From the NCBI GenBank assembly GCA_965197475.1, contig CBDANF010000003.1, forward strand, positions 2,679,223 through 2,743,222: a stretch of 64,000 bases of DNA, written 5' to 3'. Below, piece after piece: positions 1-11,100 of this stretch (its first letter is position 1; each line of letters opens with the position of its first letter). This DNA is from Candidatus Poribacteria bacterium (GTDB lineage Bacteria; Poribacteria; WGA-4E; WGA-3G). A model generated the notes under the pieces. The model made no database searches, was not told the DNA's origin, and was given only the letters and a program-made list of their open reading frames with translations. A program made the position numbers and the translations under genes.

Positions 1-1185
1 TCCAACAAGACCGGAAACGTCTTGGGTATCTGCACCGAATCGGGGGGTAAACCCACCGGGAAAAAGTTCTTGGAATGTGAAAAGTTCATCATCCTCAAGA
101 ACTTGTTGTAAAGCCTCTGGGTCTGGAACATTATCGGTTATCTGGACCACAGGAACTTCGCCTTCTCCGGACAAACGTCCAACGAGTAAGGTTTCCCCAC
201 CATCGTTACTAAAAACAGCTGGTCGGGTATTGGGATTTCGGAAATAGAACCCGCCTTCAACTTGCTTCTGCGCGTAGTTCGCATGACCGTAGAGTTGAAT
301 GTTATTGACAATATCAATCCCATAGTTTGCAAAGAGCTTGATGTCGTCTCTAATAATCGGGTGTCCCCAGGGTTGAGCGGGATTGGCAACATTGCTATTT
401 CCTGCGGCGGAAAGTGCGGCTGCATCATCCCGTTGTACTGAACGATCTGTCTCGTCCGCATTACCGTATTCCAAACTAAGGTTTGCCCAGATATCTTCTC
501 GTCCTAAACCGATATTACCAGCGACAGAATATGTCAGACCGTCACTAAATTGGTAAATACCGGGTTTAATTACCAAAGAACCGCCTTTGTAACCGTCTTT
601 TAATTGTAAGTTCATCACACCGGCAATAGCATCGGAACCGTATTGTGCCGATGCACCATCTCGTAGAACTTCCATCTGTTTAATCGCAATAGAAGGAATA
701 GGTGAGAGGTCCGCACCTTGCGAACCATCGGATAATCCGTTGCCGAGCCAAGTAATAACAGAAGCGCGGTGGCGCCGTTTGCCGTTGACGAGTAACAACG
801 TATGATCAGGTGCTAATCCTCGTAGGTTAGCAGGACGCACGACGGTTGCTGCATCAGCAATAGGCTGCGCATTCACATTGTAAGAGGGCACCAAATTTCT
901 TAATAGATCAGGCAAATCTGTCCCACCCTGTTTAACAAAGTCGTCGCTGAGCACGACATCAATAGGCACAGTGGATTCAAGAATGGAACGTGGCTTTGCA
1001 CGCGTGCCGACAATAACCAAACCTTCAAGTTCCACGACTTCTTGGTCAGATGATGCTTCGCTTGATTCAGTTTCAGTATCGCTTTCATGGTTATCTGCTA
1101 CAGCGACAGGTAAAAAAACCATAGAAACCGCTAATGCTATGTAAAACGAGAGCAGAAACGGCTTAATATCAGATGTACCTTTCAT
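1..1185 (-). CDS. TonB-dependent receptor, N-terminal part (3' end runs off the window start)
   Basis: The frame from ATG 1183-1185 stays open to base 1, so it is absent from the ORF track (no stop in window). My translation starts MKGTSDIKPFLLSFYIALAVSMVFLPVAVADNHES (signal peptide). It continues with ...YGHANYAQKQVEGGFYFRNPNTR...FTFQELFPGGFTPRFG, colinear and clearly paralogous to the 923-aa receptor next door. Confidence 0.8.
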   Translation of the reverse strand, partial: MKGTSDIKPFLLSFYIALAVSMVFLPVAVADNHESDTETESSEASSDQEVVELEGLVIVGTRAKPRSILESTVPIDVVLSDDFVKQGGTDLPDLLRNLVPSYNVNAQPIADAATVVRPANLRGLAPDHTLLLVNGKRRHRASVITWLGNGLSDGSQGADLSPIPSIAIKQMEVLRDGASAQYGSDAIAGVMNLQLKDGYKGGSLVIKPGIYQFSDGLTYSVAGNIGLGREDIWANLSLEYGNADETDRSVQRDDAAALSAAGNSNVANPAQPWGHPIIRDDIKLFANYGIDIVNNIQLYGHANYAQKQVEGGFYFRNPNTRPAVFSNDGGETLLVGRLSGEGEVPVVQITDNVPDPEALQQVLEDDELFTFQELFPGGFTPRFGADTQDVSGLVG

Positions 1186-1296
1186 AATTTACTCTCCCTT
1201 TTTATATGCAAAATACGAGGGTATTGGTTAAATAATGATGCGGTAATTAGTGGGTACCCTCTGAACCACTCTGCATCACATTTCAATTAGAGTAGA

Positions 1297-1315
1297 GTTA
1301 ATGATAACACTTATG
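1297..1315. promoter_or_regulatory. Possible Fur-type box upstream of the first TonB receptor
   Basis: GTTAATGATAACACTTATG matches the classical Fur consensus GATAATGATAATCATTATC at 14 of 19 positions (my count). It lies about 115 nt upstream of the receptor start codon. This is a weak, single-site call. Confidence 0.25.
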
Positions 1316-1410
1316 ACAAAAATTGTCAATCAAAATCAAACTAATAAACTGATTAAGTAGGCATGAATTGTAGATTTACAAACACGCCTACCGAGTTTTT
1401 GTTACATATT

Positions 1411-4182
1411 TTAGAAACTGTAACCGACTTTAGCATACCAGTACGCGCCATCAAACCCAAACGGACTGAATTGTCCGTATTTGTTACCAACAGAAGCAGC
1501 AGCATTCGGATTTTCATCGGGAAAGGTATTAAGGATATTTCTTCCACCGAGAGTGAGAGCCAATCCGGACTCCACGGTGTAAGTGGTTTCTAAGTCGAAA
1601 ATAACCCTTCCAGTGTATTCTCCAGTTCCTTCCACATCTGGATTCTGTAAGTAATCTTCAGAATCGAACCAACCGCTGAAATAACTGGCGCGCCCGAGCA
1701 CTCCCCACGCATCCGTTATGGATTGACCGACAGTCAGGCTTCCGCGGTGTTTAGGTAAATTCTCTTGCAGTTCCCGGATTCGATCAGCGTTCAGTGTGGT
1801 AGAATCGAAGAAAGCTTCAAGTTCAGGAGTTAATTCGACAGCAGGATCGAAATCAGAAGGTAATTCGTCGAGTTCTCCGTCGACTACGAGATGGGTAACC
1901 TTAGTTGACGTGAAGTTATACACGGCGATGAGGTTTCCGTTGGGCATTGGTGCTGTAATGACAAAGTCAATACCATTGGTTGTGGAATTGAAGTCATTGA
2001 TAAAGAACTGGAATGTTTCCAGATTCGCTGCACTGGTTACACCTGAGTCGATGAGCTGCTCCTTCTGCCCGTCAGTCAATGTATAGTGTTGTGACACCGA
2101 TAACCGGTTTTTCAACCGAATATCAAATAAGTCCATCGTGAAGTTTACGCCCAAAATATCAACGGTAAATCCACCTGTGAAGTTATTTGATGTTTCCGGG
2201 TCAAGCGAGTTATCTTCCTTGCCTGTCACAACACCGACAGCAGAGTTGGTGGAAGGAATTGTTCCTTTATTAACGAGATCACCCTTCTCAAAATCGTATT
2301 CAGTGGTAATATTGAACGTATTTTGCTGCCCGGGTGTTGGTGCGCGGAACCCAGTACTATAACTTCCCCGCAACCGCATCGTTTCCGTAACCTTGTAGTT
2401 TACAGCGGCTTTGTAGTTCAGGGTGCCACCGAAAATCTCAAATTGTTCACCGCGCACAGCCAGCGCGATCAGGAGCGGATCAATCGGTCTGATTTCAGTT
2501 TCCAGATACGCCGCAACGTTGTAACGGTGCCATTTGCCTGCCGCAACTGGGCTGAACCCCGAAAATCCGTTGGAGGCAGCAGTGAAGCCTTGCGCTGCGA
2601 GGGGCCCGATCTGATGCGACTCGCGTTCGCCCTCTATGATTTCAAATCCTTCGTCCCGATATTCCAAACCAGAAGCGAGGAATACCATGTCGTTCAACAG
2701 ATAGGTTACATCAAAGTTGAGGTTGTAATCTGTCTGGATATAATCGCCCGGATCAAAGTATGTCGGTGTATCTGGTCCGAGGGAAGCATTGACGGTATTG
2801 AAGATAAAGAAATCGGCATGGTGCCGTCCAAAAGAACCACTCACATCCCACGTTAGGGGGTTGCCTAACGCTTCTTCCAGAGCAGTGCCCTTAACGCCAA
2901 CGACGACGGAACTATCCCATGCGAACGCGCCAAATCTGGGGGTGAATCCGCCTGGAAACATCTCCTGGAATGTGAATAGATTCGGGTCATTCTTGACTGC
3001 TTGCAACCGTTCTGGATCAGGAACATCGTCGGTTATCGGGATATCGTCAGCATCGTGAGGTGACAGTTCGGGAAACGCCTCTCCGGCCTCCACTGCTGCC
3101 GCATTTTCGGCTTCCCAATCTGCCTTTCGGGCTTCCCAGGCTGCCATCTCGTCTGTCAAACCTCGCAAATCCCCGACGAGCAATATATCGCTATCGGCTT
3201 TGCTAAACACGCCATTGCGAGTGTTTGGATTTCGGAAATAGAATCCACCTTCAACCCGCTTGCGGGCGTAGTTGGCATGCCCATAAAAATCAATGGTATC
3301 TGTGAGAGTAGCACCGTAGTTGGCAAACAATTTGGTGTCACCCTCTATAATCGGCTGTCCCCAAATTTGCGCGGGGTCTTTCACTCTGAAATTGCCTGCG
3401 TTAATCAAGTTTATCGCATCAGTGCGTTGCACAGAACGGATGGTCGGATCTGCGCCACCGTATTCAAAACTGAGGCTACTCCACGCGTCTGGGGTACCTA
3501 AACCGATATTGCCAGCGAGCGCAAACTGCTGACCATCGCCGTACTGGTAGATACCGGGTTTAAATTCAAACGAACCGCCTTCGTAGTTGTCTTTCAATTG
3601 AAAATTCATCACCCCAGCAATGGCATCAGAACCGTATTGTGCGGATGCTCCATCTCGTAGCACCTCAACCTGTCTCAGCGCGATTGCCGGAATAGCCGAC
3701 AGATCAGGCCCCTGTGAACCATCAGATAAACCGTTCCCGAGCCAGTGAATCACTGAGGCACGGTGTCGACGCTTGTTATTGACCAGTACCAGCGTATGAT
3801 CTGGGGCAAGCCCCCGTAAATTCGCCGGACGCACCACCGTTGACGCATCACTAATCGGTTGTGTATTGATGTTGTAAGACGGCACCAAAGTTCTCAGCAA
3901 ATCCGGTAGATCTGCGCCGCCCTGCTTTTCAAAGGATTTGTTTGACACAACATCAATCGGGACCGCTGAATCCAAGATAGAACGCGGTCTTGCCCGCGTA
4001 CCGACGACCACTACGCTCTCAATTTCAACAACGTCTTCTTCAGAGGTCGCTTCCGTCGATTCAGACTCAGCCGCTTCTGTGCTTTCTTCCTGTGCTACTG
4101 AGATAGGTAAATATACCATACAAACGGCAAAAGCGATGAACATCGCAAGCAGAAAGGGTTTAAAATTAAATGTGACTTTCAT
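1411..4182 (-). CDS. TonB-dependent outer-membrane receptor
   Basis: The 923-aa ORF has a signal peptide (FLLAMFIAFAVCMVYLPISVAQE). Plug-domain motifs are present (VVVGTRARPRSILDSAVPIDVV, NLRGLAPDHTLVLVNNKRRH), followed by a long beta-barrel region and a terminal aromatic residue (...AKVGYSF). Confidence 0.9.
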   Translation of the reverse strand: MKVTFNFKPFLLAMFIAFAVCMVYLPISVAQEESTEAAESESTEATSEEDVVEIESVVVVGTRARPRSILDSAVPIDVVSNKSFEKQGGADLPDLLRTLVPSYNINTQPISDASTVVRPANLRGLAPDHTLVLVNNKRRHRASVIHWLGNGLSDGSQGPDLSAIPAIALRQVEVLRDGASAQYGSDAIAGVMNFQLKDNYEGGSFEFKPGIYQYGDGQQFALAGNIGLGTPDAWSSLSFEYGGADPTIRSVQRTDAINLINAGNFRVKDPAQIWGQPIIEGDTKLFANYGATLTDTIDFYGHANYARKRVEGGFYFRNPNTRNGVFSKADSDILLVGDLRGLTDEMAAWEARKADWEAENAAAVEAGEAFPELSPHDADDIPITDDVPDPERLQAVKNDPNLFTFQEMFPGGFTPRFGAFAWDSSVVVGVKGTALEEALGNPLTWDVSGSFGRHHADFFIFNTVNASLGPDTPTYFDPGDYIQTDYNLNFDVTYLLNDMVFLASGLEYRDEGFEIIEGERESHQIGPLAAQGFTAASNGFSGFSPVAAGKWHRYNVAAYLETEIRPIDPLLIALAVRGEQFEIFGGTLNYKAAVNYKVTETMRLRGSYSTGFRAPTPGQQNTFNITTEYDFEKGDLVNKGTIPSTNSAVGVVTGKEDNSLDPETSNNFTGGFTVDILGVNFTMDLFDIRLKNRLSVSQHYTLTDGQKEQLIDSGVTSAANLETFQFFINDFNSTTNGIDFVITAPMPNGNLIAVYNFTSTKVTHLVVDGELDELPSDFDPAVELTPELEAFFDSTTLNADRIRELQENLPKHRGSLTVGQSITDAWGVLGRASYFSGWFDSEDYLQNPDVEGTGEYTGRVIFDLETTYTVESGLALTLGGRNILNTFPDENPNAAASVGNKYGQFSPFGFDGAYWYAKVGYSF

Positions 4183-4479
4183 TAATCATACTCCTTAGAA
4201 TATTCTTTGTCTTAAATAACGTAACTGCACTTATAGTAAAACTTACAATTATTGAGATATATTGTAAACGAACTATGTAAGCACGCCTTGACATTTAATA
4301 GGTAAATGCCTACATATTCCATATTTTACTATAGAAACAAGAAACGATTCAAGTTTAGACTCTAAAATTGGCATCCGAACTTTTCGGAAACCGATTTGTT
4401 GAACATTCAACTGTGTGATTCACAAATTATAACATAAGTTTCACTTGAAGTCAAAAGAAAAATTTGATATATTTATGAT

Positions 4480-5247
4480 ATGCTAGTACTTTATTTGGCA
4501 ATTTCATCTGTAACCGTGCTGCTTGGTGCAGGATTAGCAATTGTTTTTCGTGATAAACAGACTGAATTCCGATTAATTTTCGGTTTTACAGCCGGTGCAG
4601 TGTTCGGCTTTGTCTTAATGCTAATGGTCCATCTTGTGTGGGAAGAAAGCGACCTAATGAAGGTTAATTACCTCATGATTTTGGTGATGTGGGTAGGCTT
4701 TCTGTTGATTTGGATGTTGGAGAATCTTACACATCGGATTCGTGAACGTTTTGGTAATCAGACAGAAGTACATAAGAAAAATGTATGGGGAGTCAATTTA
4801 ACACTTATCGGTTTATCAATTCATGCAATTGTGGATGGTTTCAATCTCAGTACTGCGGCGAAAGATCCTACAGATGGCATCGTACTTGCTCTTGGAGTAC
4901 TACTTCATCGTTTGCCGGTAGCGACAGTTATAACTACAGTCTTACGTCACAATTACGGGGTTATACGGACACTGTTGCATCTCATTCCGCTCATAATGGC
5001 TCCGTTTGTAGGGGCATTCATGGGGGAAAGTTTACAACAAGGTGTTTTTATGGAGTTGACAGAGTATCTAACAGCTTTTGCAGTAGGGACATTATTACAT
5101 GTTGTGATGGACGGTTTACGAGGGGGTTGTGTGCCATCAGAAGAAAAGATTAGTTCTTCAACCAAAATAGCATTTGTTATTGGGTTGATTTTAACTTTAT
5201 GTGCTATGTTTTTTATTCCTGGGTTAGAGCATGAGCATGTACATTAA
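4480..5247 (+). CDS. ZIP-family divalent metal transporter
   Basis: The 255-aa polytopic membrane protein carries His/Asp-containing TM motifs (LSIHAIVDGFNL, LLHRLPVATV, LLHVVMDGL) typical of ZIP/ZupT-like permeases. It is divergent from the TonB receptors. Confidence 0.7.
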   Translation: MLVLYLAISSVTVLLGAGLAIVFRDKQTEFRLIFGFTAGAVFGFVLMLMVHLVWEESDLMKVNYLMILVMWVGFLLIWMLENLTHRIRERFGNQTEVHKKNVWGVNLTLIGLSIHAIVDGFNLSTAAKDPTDGIVLALGVLLHRLPVATVITTVLRHNYGVIRTLLHLIPLIMAPFVGAFMGESLQQGVFMELTEYLTAFAVGTLLHVVMDGLRGGCVPSEEKISSSTKIAFVIGLILTLCAMFFIPGLEHEHVH

Positions 5248-7756
5248 AACTTCAGCAATACGACCTGAGATAAACGTATATCCTATTTTGCAGACGGTTT
5301 TCTGTTTTCTAATATTAGCACTGCAGGTGGATGCAGCAGAGATTCCGATTGTTGTATCGGGTGAACCCAAGGCAACCGTGCAAATTGGTGCTAATGTTTC
5401 AACGCAAGAGCAATTTGCTGCATCCGAAATCCAGAACTTTATTGAAACATTCACTGGTACTCAGCTTGAACTGCGTACCAATCAACAGTCTACAACAACG
5501 CAGACGGTTATAGTTTTAGGTACACCTATCACAAATCCAACGATTCGAACACTTCAGGAGAAGGTTGGTTTTGAATTGCCAGAAGAAATTGGCGAGGAAG
5601 GTTATCAGATTAAATCCGTTGACCTTGGGACAGAAATCGTTATCGTCGTGGCTGCCCACACATCACGCGGTGTAATTTACGGCGCGTATGCCTTTATTGA
5701 GGCATGCATCACCGCTTTGACAGGACTCAAACCTGTCCATCCAGAAATAGCAGTCGCACGTTTGCCTACACTGCGCGTGCCCTTTCTGGACGAAACATCC
5801 CGCCCATTTTACCCGATTCGAGCAGTGTTAGAAATAGATGATCCAGATTGGCTCGCAAGACAACGTGTGAATATGAGTGGTGGTGAAGGTGTTTGGACCG
5901 GAACCGGAATTGAAGACGGATTTGGCACCGCTTTCAAATATGTGGATACATCCGCTTTTTCTGCGTTACAAGATGAGCCGCGTGCACAACGATTAGAAAG
6001 GATTCAAACGCTCAAAGACCGTTTTACTGCTTTAAATAACCGTGGTATTGATGCCTATCTTTTTATGTATGTGACCGGTGAACCTACAGAGGCACTTATT
6101 AAAGCACGTCCAGATATATTGGGACCAGAGGTATTGTACGGGGCATCCAGGAATGAGGTTTCTTATCGACCGTTTTGCTGGTCAAAACCCGAATTCCACA
6201 CGCTCGCACGGCAATTGACACAGGAAATTGTGAAAACCTACCCTGCTCTCGCTGGATTTCACCTACGATCTTGGGGACACGAGACGCGGGCGTGCAATTG
6301 CCCTGAATGTGGTGACCGCTCCCCAGAAGGGCAAGCGAAACTATGGGAGGTATATTTCACGATTATCAAAGCAGCGCGGGAAGTACGTCCGGATTTTAAG
6401 TTTTATATTTCGGGATATGATAGGAGTTGGCTGCAAGACCCAGATGGCGACTATGCACGCCAATTACCAAAAGGTACTATTTTTTCACAGAAGTGGGGAG
6501 CAGACGGGGAACCGGTCATTGATCCAAATATCCCTATTTCACAAATGAATGCGCTCGGAGAGATGGGACACCGATTCATTGTGCTTTCACATGATGTTGA
6601 AGAGGTAATGCCATTCTGGATGCTTGAAAGCGATCTGTTTGTACAAGGTGTACGCCAACTTGCCAACTCACCTGAAGTTATTGGGTTAAGCGGATTCACT
6701 GTGCAAGGCGCAGCGCAAGGCTTAGGATATCTTGACCGACTCGTGAGTGCTCGTATTAATTGGGATATCCAACTTGATCATATCCAACTATTTCGAAATG
6801 AATTAGTGGCTCGCTATGGAAACACAAAAGCAGCAGAGTTGATTCTAAGTGCCCTACGTATCAATGAATGGACATTGGCGAGCTATTTTTCCGATTATGC
6901 AAGTTCCATCTCCATAGGTGGCAGCTACGGCAGTGGGTCAGCTGGTTTAGCAACACGGTTTTGGAACCTGATTGGTAGCAAAGCTGTGGAAAATACGCTG
7001 GCAATTCCAGAATTAAAAATCGCACAGACTGCTGTCCAACGATTCACAAATCTTCTGGCACCGCAGCTACGAGCAGCGAATGAGATGCAAGAAGCATACG
7101 AAATCGCGGAACCGGTAGACCTTGAAGCATCACAAGATTTGCGCGATGCAATGCACTTAATGAGGTTGTGGGTTTTGCTGTTTCAGAGTCGCGAAAAACT
7201 GGTGGAAGCTATTGCACTCGGCTATGAAGTTAACACTGGTAGTGCTATTAATGCTAAACTTGCTAGTGCAGCGGAGTTCTCAAGATCAATACAACCTTTG
7301 ATAAAGCAGTTTGAAGAATTTGGTCCTCTTTTTGGTTATTCGCATCAGACGAATGAGGTAGAATTGTTGAATACCTTAAAAGAAGAGGTTGCATGGCTAT
7401 CAAGTTTCGACTATCGGTTGCTCCAAAAACATGACGAAAGTTTTTCACCCGATGAAACCGCCTTTCGTATCTGTGAAGTCTACAACTATCCGAATCCACT
7501 TAAGCGCAAAACGACATTTACCTATCTGTTGACACTTGATGCAGATGAGGTGAAGATAAACATTTATACTGCATCAGGACGGCGTATCCGTGTATTGAAG
7601 GATGTTTCCGCGAAAGAGGGGTATAACGAGGTGACGTGGAACGCTCTTGACGCTGAAGGGACACCGCTTGCAAATGGGGTTTATTTTTACAAAATTCGTG
7701 CTGTCCTCGGAGATAAAAACGTTGAAAGCATCCACCGAATGGCTGTGATAAGGTAG
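5231..7756 (+). CDS. Secreted DUF4838/GH20b-like protein with C-terminal FlgD-Ig/T9SS-like sorting domain
   Basis: The 841-aa ORF has a signal-like N-terminus (VFCFLILALQVDAAE). Its lead module (IVVSGEP...FAASEIQNFIETFTG...GYQIKSV...RGVIYGAYAFIE) resembles DUF4838/GH20b-type domains, recognised from memory. The C-terminal ~80 aa (YNYPNP...ANGVYFYKIRA) matches the tail of the 962-aa WD40 protein. Confidence 0.55.
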   Translation: MSMYIKTSAIRPEINVYPILQTVFCFLILALQVDAAEIPIVVSGEPKATVQIGANVSTQEQFAASEIQNFIETFTGTQLELRTNQQSTTTQTVIVLGTPITNPTIRTLQEKVGFELPEEIGEEGYQIKSVDLGTEIVIVVAAHTSRGVIYGAYAFIEACITALTGLKPVHPEIAVARLPTLRVPFLDETSRPFYPIRAVLEIDDPDWLARQRVNMSGGEGVWTGTGIEDGFGTAFKYVDTSAFSALQDEPRAQRLERIQTLKDRFTALNNRGIDAYLFMYVTGEPTEALIKARPDILGPEVLYGASRNEVSYRPFCWSKPEFHTLARQLTQEIVKTYPALAGFHLRSWGHETRACNCPECGDRSPEGQAKLWEVYFTIIKAAREVRPDFKFYISGYDRSWLQDPDGDYARQLPKGTIFSQKWGADGEPVIDPNIPISQMNALGEMGHRFIVLSHDVEEVMPFWMLESDLFVQGVRQLANSPEVIGLSGFTVQGAAQGLGYLDRLVSARINWDIQLDHIQLFRNELVARYGNTKAAELILSALRINEWTLASYFSDYASSISIGGSYGSGSAGLATRFWNLIGSKAVENTLAIPELKIAQTAVQRFTNLLAPQLRAANEMQEAYEIAEPVDLEASQDLRDAMHLMRLWVLLFQSREKLVEAIALGYEVNTGSAINAKLASAAEFSRSIQPLIKQFEEFGPLFGYSHQTNEVELLNTLKEEVAWLSSFDYRLLQKHDESFSPDETAFRICEVYNYPNPLKRKTTFTYLLTLDADEVKINIYTASGRRIRVLKDVSAKEGYNEVTWNALDAEGTPLANGVYFYKIRAVLGDKNVESIHRMAVIR

Positions 7757-7766
7757 TGCCTTCATA

Positions 7767-7840
7767 AAATTCGTAGGTCGGGTAGCATAGAATTCGTAGG
7801 TCGGGTAGAGCGCAGCGAAACCCTTATGTGTCAATTTGGT
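7767..7840. repeat. REP family 2 (GTAGGTYGGGTAGAGCG..GCGAAACCC), partial plus full copy
   Basis: The sequence aaattcgtaggtcgggtag occurs twice, followed by agcgcagcgaaacccttatgtgtcaatttggt. Related copies lie at 8167-8206, 14291-14338, 20044-20096, 20229-20276, 51561-51600 and 55253-55291, in both orientations. Confidence 0.8.
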
Positions 7841-7959
7841 GTATAATACCAAATTAACGCGATTTGTAGCGCGAGGTCCCCGTGCCTTGCAATGCTAACT
7901 GCTACGTAGAAAACTAATAATCAAGTTAATTTGGTATAAGTTAGATTACGTAAGTTTTG

Positions 7960-8116
7960 TCTGAACCAGGATTTTCAGGATTTCCAGATTTTCAGGATTA
8001 GCAACTTCTCATCTATATGTTTTTCTCAAGATAGACAGCAATGTTCATCCGCCCCCAAAACATTTATAGCCTAAACAATCCTGGTAATCCGATAATCCTG
8101 AAAATCCTGGTTCAGA
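7960..8116. repeat. 157-bp element bounded by perfect 23-bp inverted repeats (MITE- or hairpin-like)
   Basis: tctgaaccaggattttcaggatt (7960-7982) is the exact reverse complement of aatcctgaaaatcctggttcaga (8094-8116). The interior holds further aatcctg/caggatt motifs. Confidence 0.7.
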
Positions 8117-8176
8117 AAACATTACGCCTAACTCACAAAAAACACATTCATTTCCTTAAATTGATACCTACGGGTT

Positions 8177-11100
8177 TCACTTACGCTTTACCCAACCTAC
8201 GAACTCACTTGCTTTCGTCTCTGGAAGCGCATAGACTCCCCGCCGCACCCGGACGATCTCGCCTTCATCTAAAAGTTGTTTGAGCTGATTTCCTATCGCC
8301 TGAGGACTACTATCAATCGCTGCGACGAGTGATGATGTTGTTTTCTCTCGACCAGAGGCAAGAAGAAAGAGGATCTGCTCTCGGAAAGTAACGCGAGGAA
8401 TGTTACCACCCCGCAGCTCCTGCAACACACGGTTCGCTTGCCTTGAGGAGCATCCTAACACACGTTCCACTTCTTCCCTGCTGGATTCAGCAGTTAGGTT
8501 AGCCCGTTCCGCTTCAAAACGTTCACGTGTGCGGACGGTTTCCTCAAGTTTATGTAACCCACCAGCGATCTCAAAGTCTTCCCAGTCAAAAAGAAGTGTT
8601 TCCGGTCTATCAGTGATGTCCGGCAGTTCAATGTTGTTGAGCAGCATTACCGTTTTACCTTTCCTACGGTTCAGTCCAAAGTATCCGACAATCTGTGTGA
8701 GTAACCCCGCGATATTTTGATCATATACCCTTTGTATGCGTTCATCTATAAAGTAATCAGTCCACATTTCTTGAGACAACATTTCTCTTTCATAATTAAG
8801 CGGTTTTTCGTCGTTTCCAAACAACATTTGCGCGTGGTGGCAGAGTGTGTCTTGCGGCCAAAATGGCGTGCCGACTATCCATAAGACCTGGACAGCTTCA
8901 ATATGTGTCTCTATCTTGTGCAACTTTTTATAATCCGCTACAAAACAGACGTTCTGCTTTGCTGTCAGGTCCGCTAACGTATCAATAATTGGTGTATCTG
9001 TGGCAATCGCGTGTTTTATGCTCGGGTCTCTATCAATTTCTGCGCGGATACCTAAAAAGTAACGTTCTCCTAATTTAGACAACTCGGTAACGTCCGAGTT
9101 GAAATCATAGTTTAGAATTTCATGTAGCGATTTGCTATTTGTGCGGATCTGAAAAACGTTGTTACCTGGCACCCATGCTGTCGGTTCAACACGAATAACA
9201 TCCATTTCTTCATCCGGGAACACTTTGCGAAGCTGCTGATCGGAGAGGTATGTTGATATTAATAAGAGACGTTTGACGTTTGGATGCAGCTTGGGTGGTA
9301 TCCAAAACTTCAGATATTTATCGTCCCACTGCATCGGAGCATCAGCATCCCGCAGATAATGCGCAAAGAAACGCTGCAACTGATGCCAATACGTCCAATT
9401 TGGATCACGACAGACGGTGGGAAAAGAATCTATTTTCTCTACGGTTTGGAGATCCAGGATTCCTAATGCGGCGGCTTCTGCCATCTGCATCGGGATACAG
9501 ATATCCTCGTTAGGAGGTAAAGGTCGCGATTCGGAGATCGCTCCTACAGTAGGAGGTAAAGGTCGCGATTTGGAGATCGCTCGGACAGCTTCCCGACTGT
9601 GGAGTGGTAAAATGGGCAGCTCCATTGCGCGCAGTCTATCTTCAGCATTCGCGTCCAAAGGGATGTGTGCCGTTGCGCCGCCGTGAAAGTCAATTGCGTA
9701 ACGTGCTAATTCTGTTCCTGTTTTGGTGTCAACAATCCCGCGCGCCACAACTTTGCCCTGTACATTAATGTAACACATCTGTTGAATTATCTCAGCTGCG
9801 TGTTGTTGGAACGCTTCGACTACAGCGCGAACTGGTCCGACCGGATTACTATATGGGTTGCTTTGTGTTTCAATCGCATTCATTAAAGCTACGGCAAAGT
9901 TGCCCAAAACATTTCCCCGCCAGTTGACGACCCATTCCTCCACGACTTTTCTTGATAATCTATATTCGGGAAACAGGTAACTTATTGTTGTTATACGTTC
10001 ATCAATGATACAGATATGTTCCGGTTCATCAGTGGAACCCAATATCTGTTGTAACAGGTATGTGTATTGTGGATCCAGAAACAGTTTCCAGATTGACAAT
10101 ATTTGTGCGTTTGTGCGTTGCAATGCAAGCGGTTGTGATAGATACCCGCGTTCTTGGCATGCTGTCCAAACGGGACACTGTGGACAGATACTTTCACTTG
10201 CATTGCCACCCTTTTCCTCAAACGCACTGAACCGCTCAGGATCCTCACACACATTGCCGTGTTGGAAGGGATTTGTCATGCGGACATCTACCGGTATATC
10301 TTTCACCTGCTCCCACTGGTGAAAGATATACCGCCTGCGGAAAAAAGAGGACAGTTTTTTTGATCGGTATCGTTGTTCTGTTGCTTCTGAGATATATGAG
10401 TCGGGTATATTTAGGCTGGTTGCATGGTTGTTCAAAAGATAGTCTTCTGTTTCGGTATTCGTTAATATATTTGCTTCGGTAGCCGTGAGTGCGAGAACAC
10501 GTGTCCCGCGCTTCAAGATACGTTGTAGCTGCGCTGAATGCTGTTGTAGTGTTTTATGGACCTTTGGTGGTGTCTGCTGCTTTTGAAGTTTCGGCGGCAA
10601 ACGTTTTATTGCCAATGGACTTAAGTGTCCCTCCCGAATGACGAGTATTTTTTCGTTGATAGGTGTTGGCATCGAAATGCCGGTGTCATCCCATATAGCT
10701 GTTATTGGCACAGCATATATTGGAAACTCGGTATTTGGTGTAGCCGCGCGCACCCATACAATGTCCTGGTCCTCCCATAGCGACACGTACACATCGTTGT
10801 GCGTCCAGTAGTGAAAACCGTTTGCTTCTCGTTCATAAGAAAAACCACGTTTCAAAAACGCTTCTTTCGCAAGATCAAGATTTTCTGAACCAAGGGATGG
10901 TAGGGCAGCGGTATCAGTTTTTAGTGCGTCTTTTAGGAATTTTTCTTGAGGTGATTCAGGTGCGTGAAGTGCAGCACGGAGGCTATTAATAGGTGCAAAA
11001 ATCACCTCTTTGGCGATGATAGGTGGCACTAACAGATTACCAAGCAGAATCTCATACCGCATATCCCAGCGGCTGTAACCCTCGTTCCCACGTAATTCCA

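Noticed and set aside
1363-4198. Plus-strand ORFs inside the TonB receptor gene (e.g. 1796..2086, 2323..2856, 3938..4198). Similar antisense ORFs lie inside other long genes (e.g. 15301..16230, 23441..24382, 33023..33757, 39928..40488, 41874..42494).
   Set aside because: They lie antisense or out of frame within long ORFs that have clear family motifs. They are low-complexity and lack start signals, so they are typical shadow ORFs.
8041-8283. ORF 8041..8283 (+)
   Set aside because: It is composed of the right half of the 23-bp-TIR element and a REP family 2 copy, and it overlaps the 3' end of the 1170-aa gene on the opposite strand.
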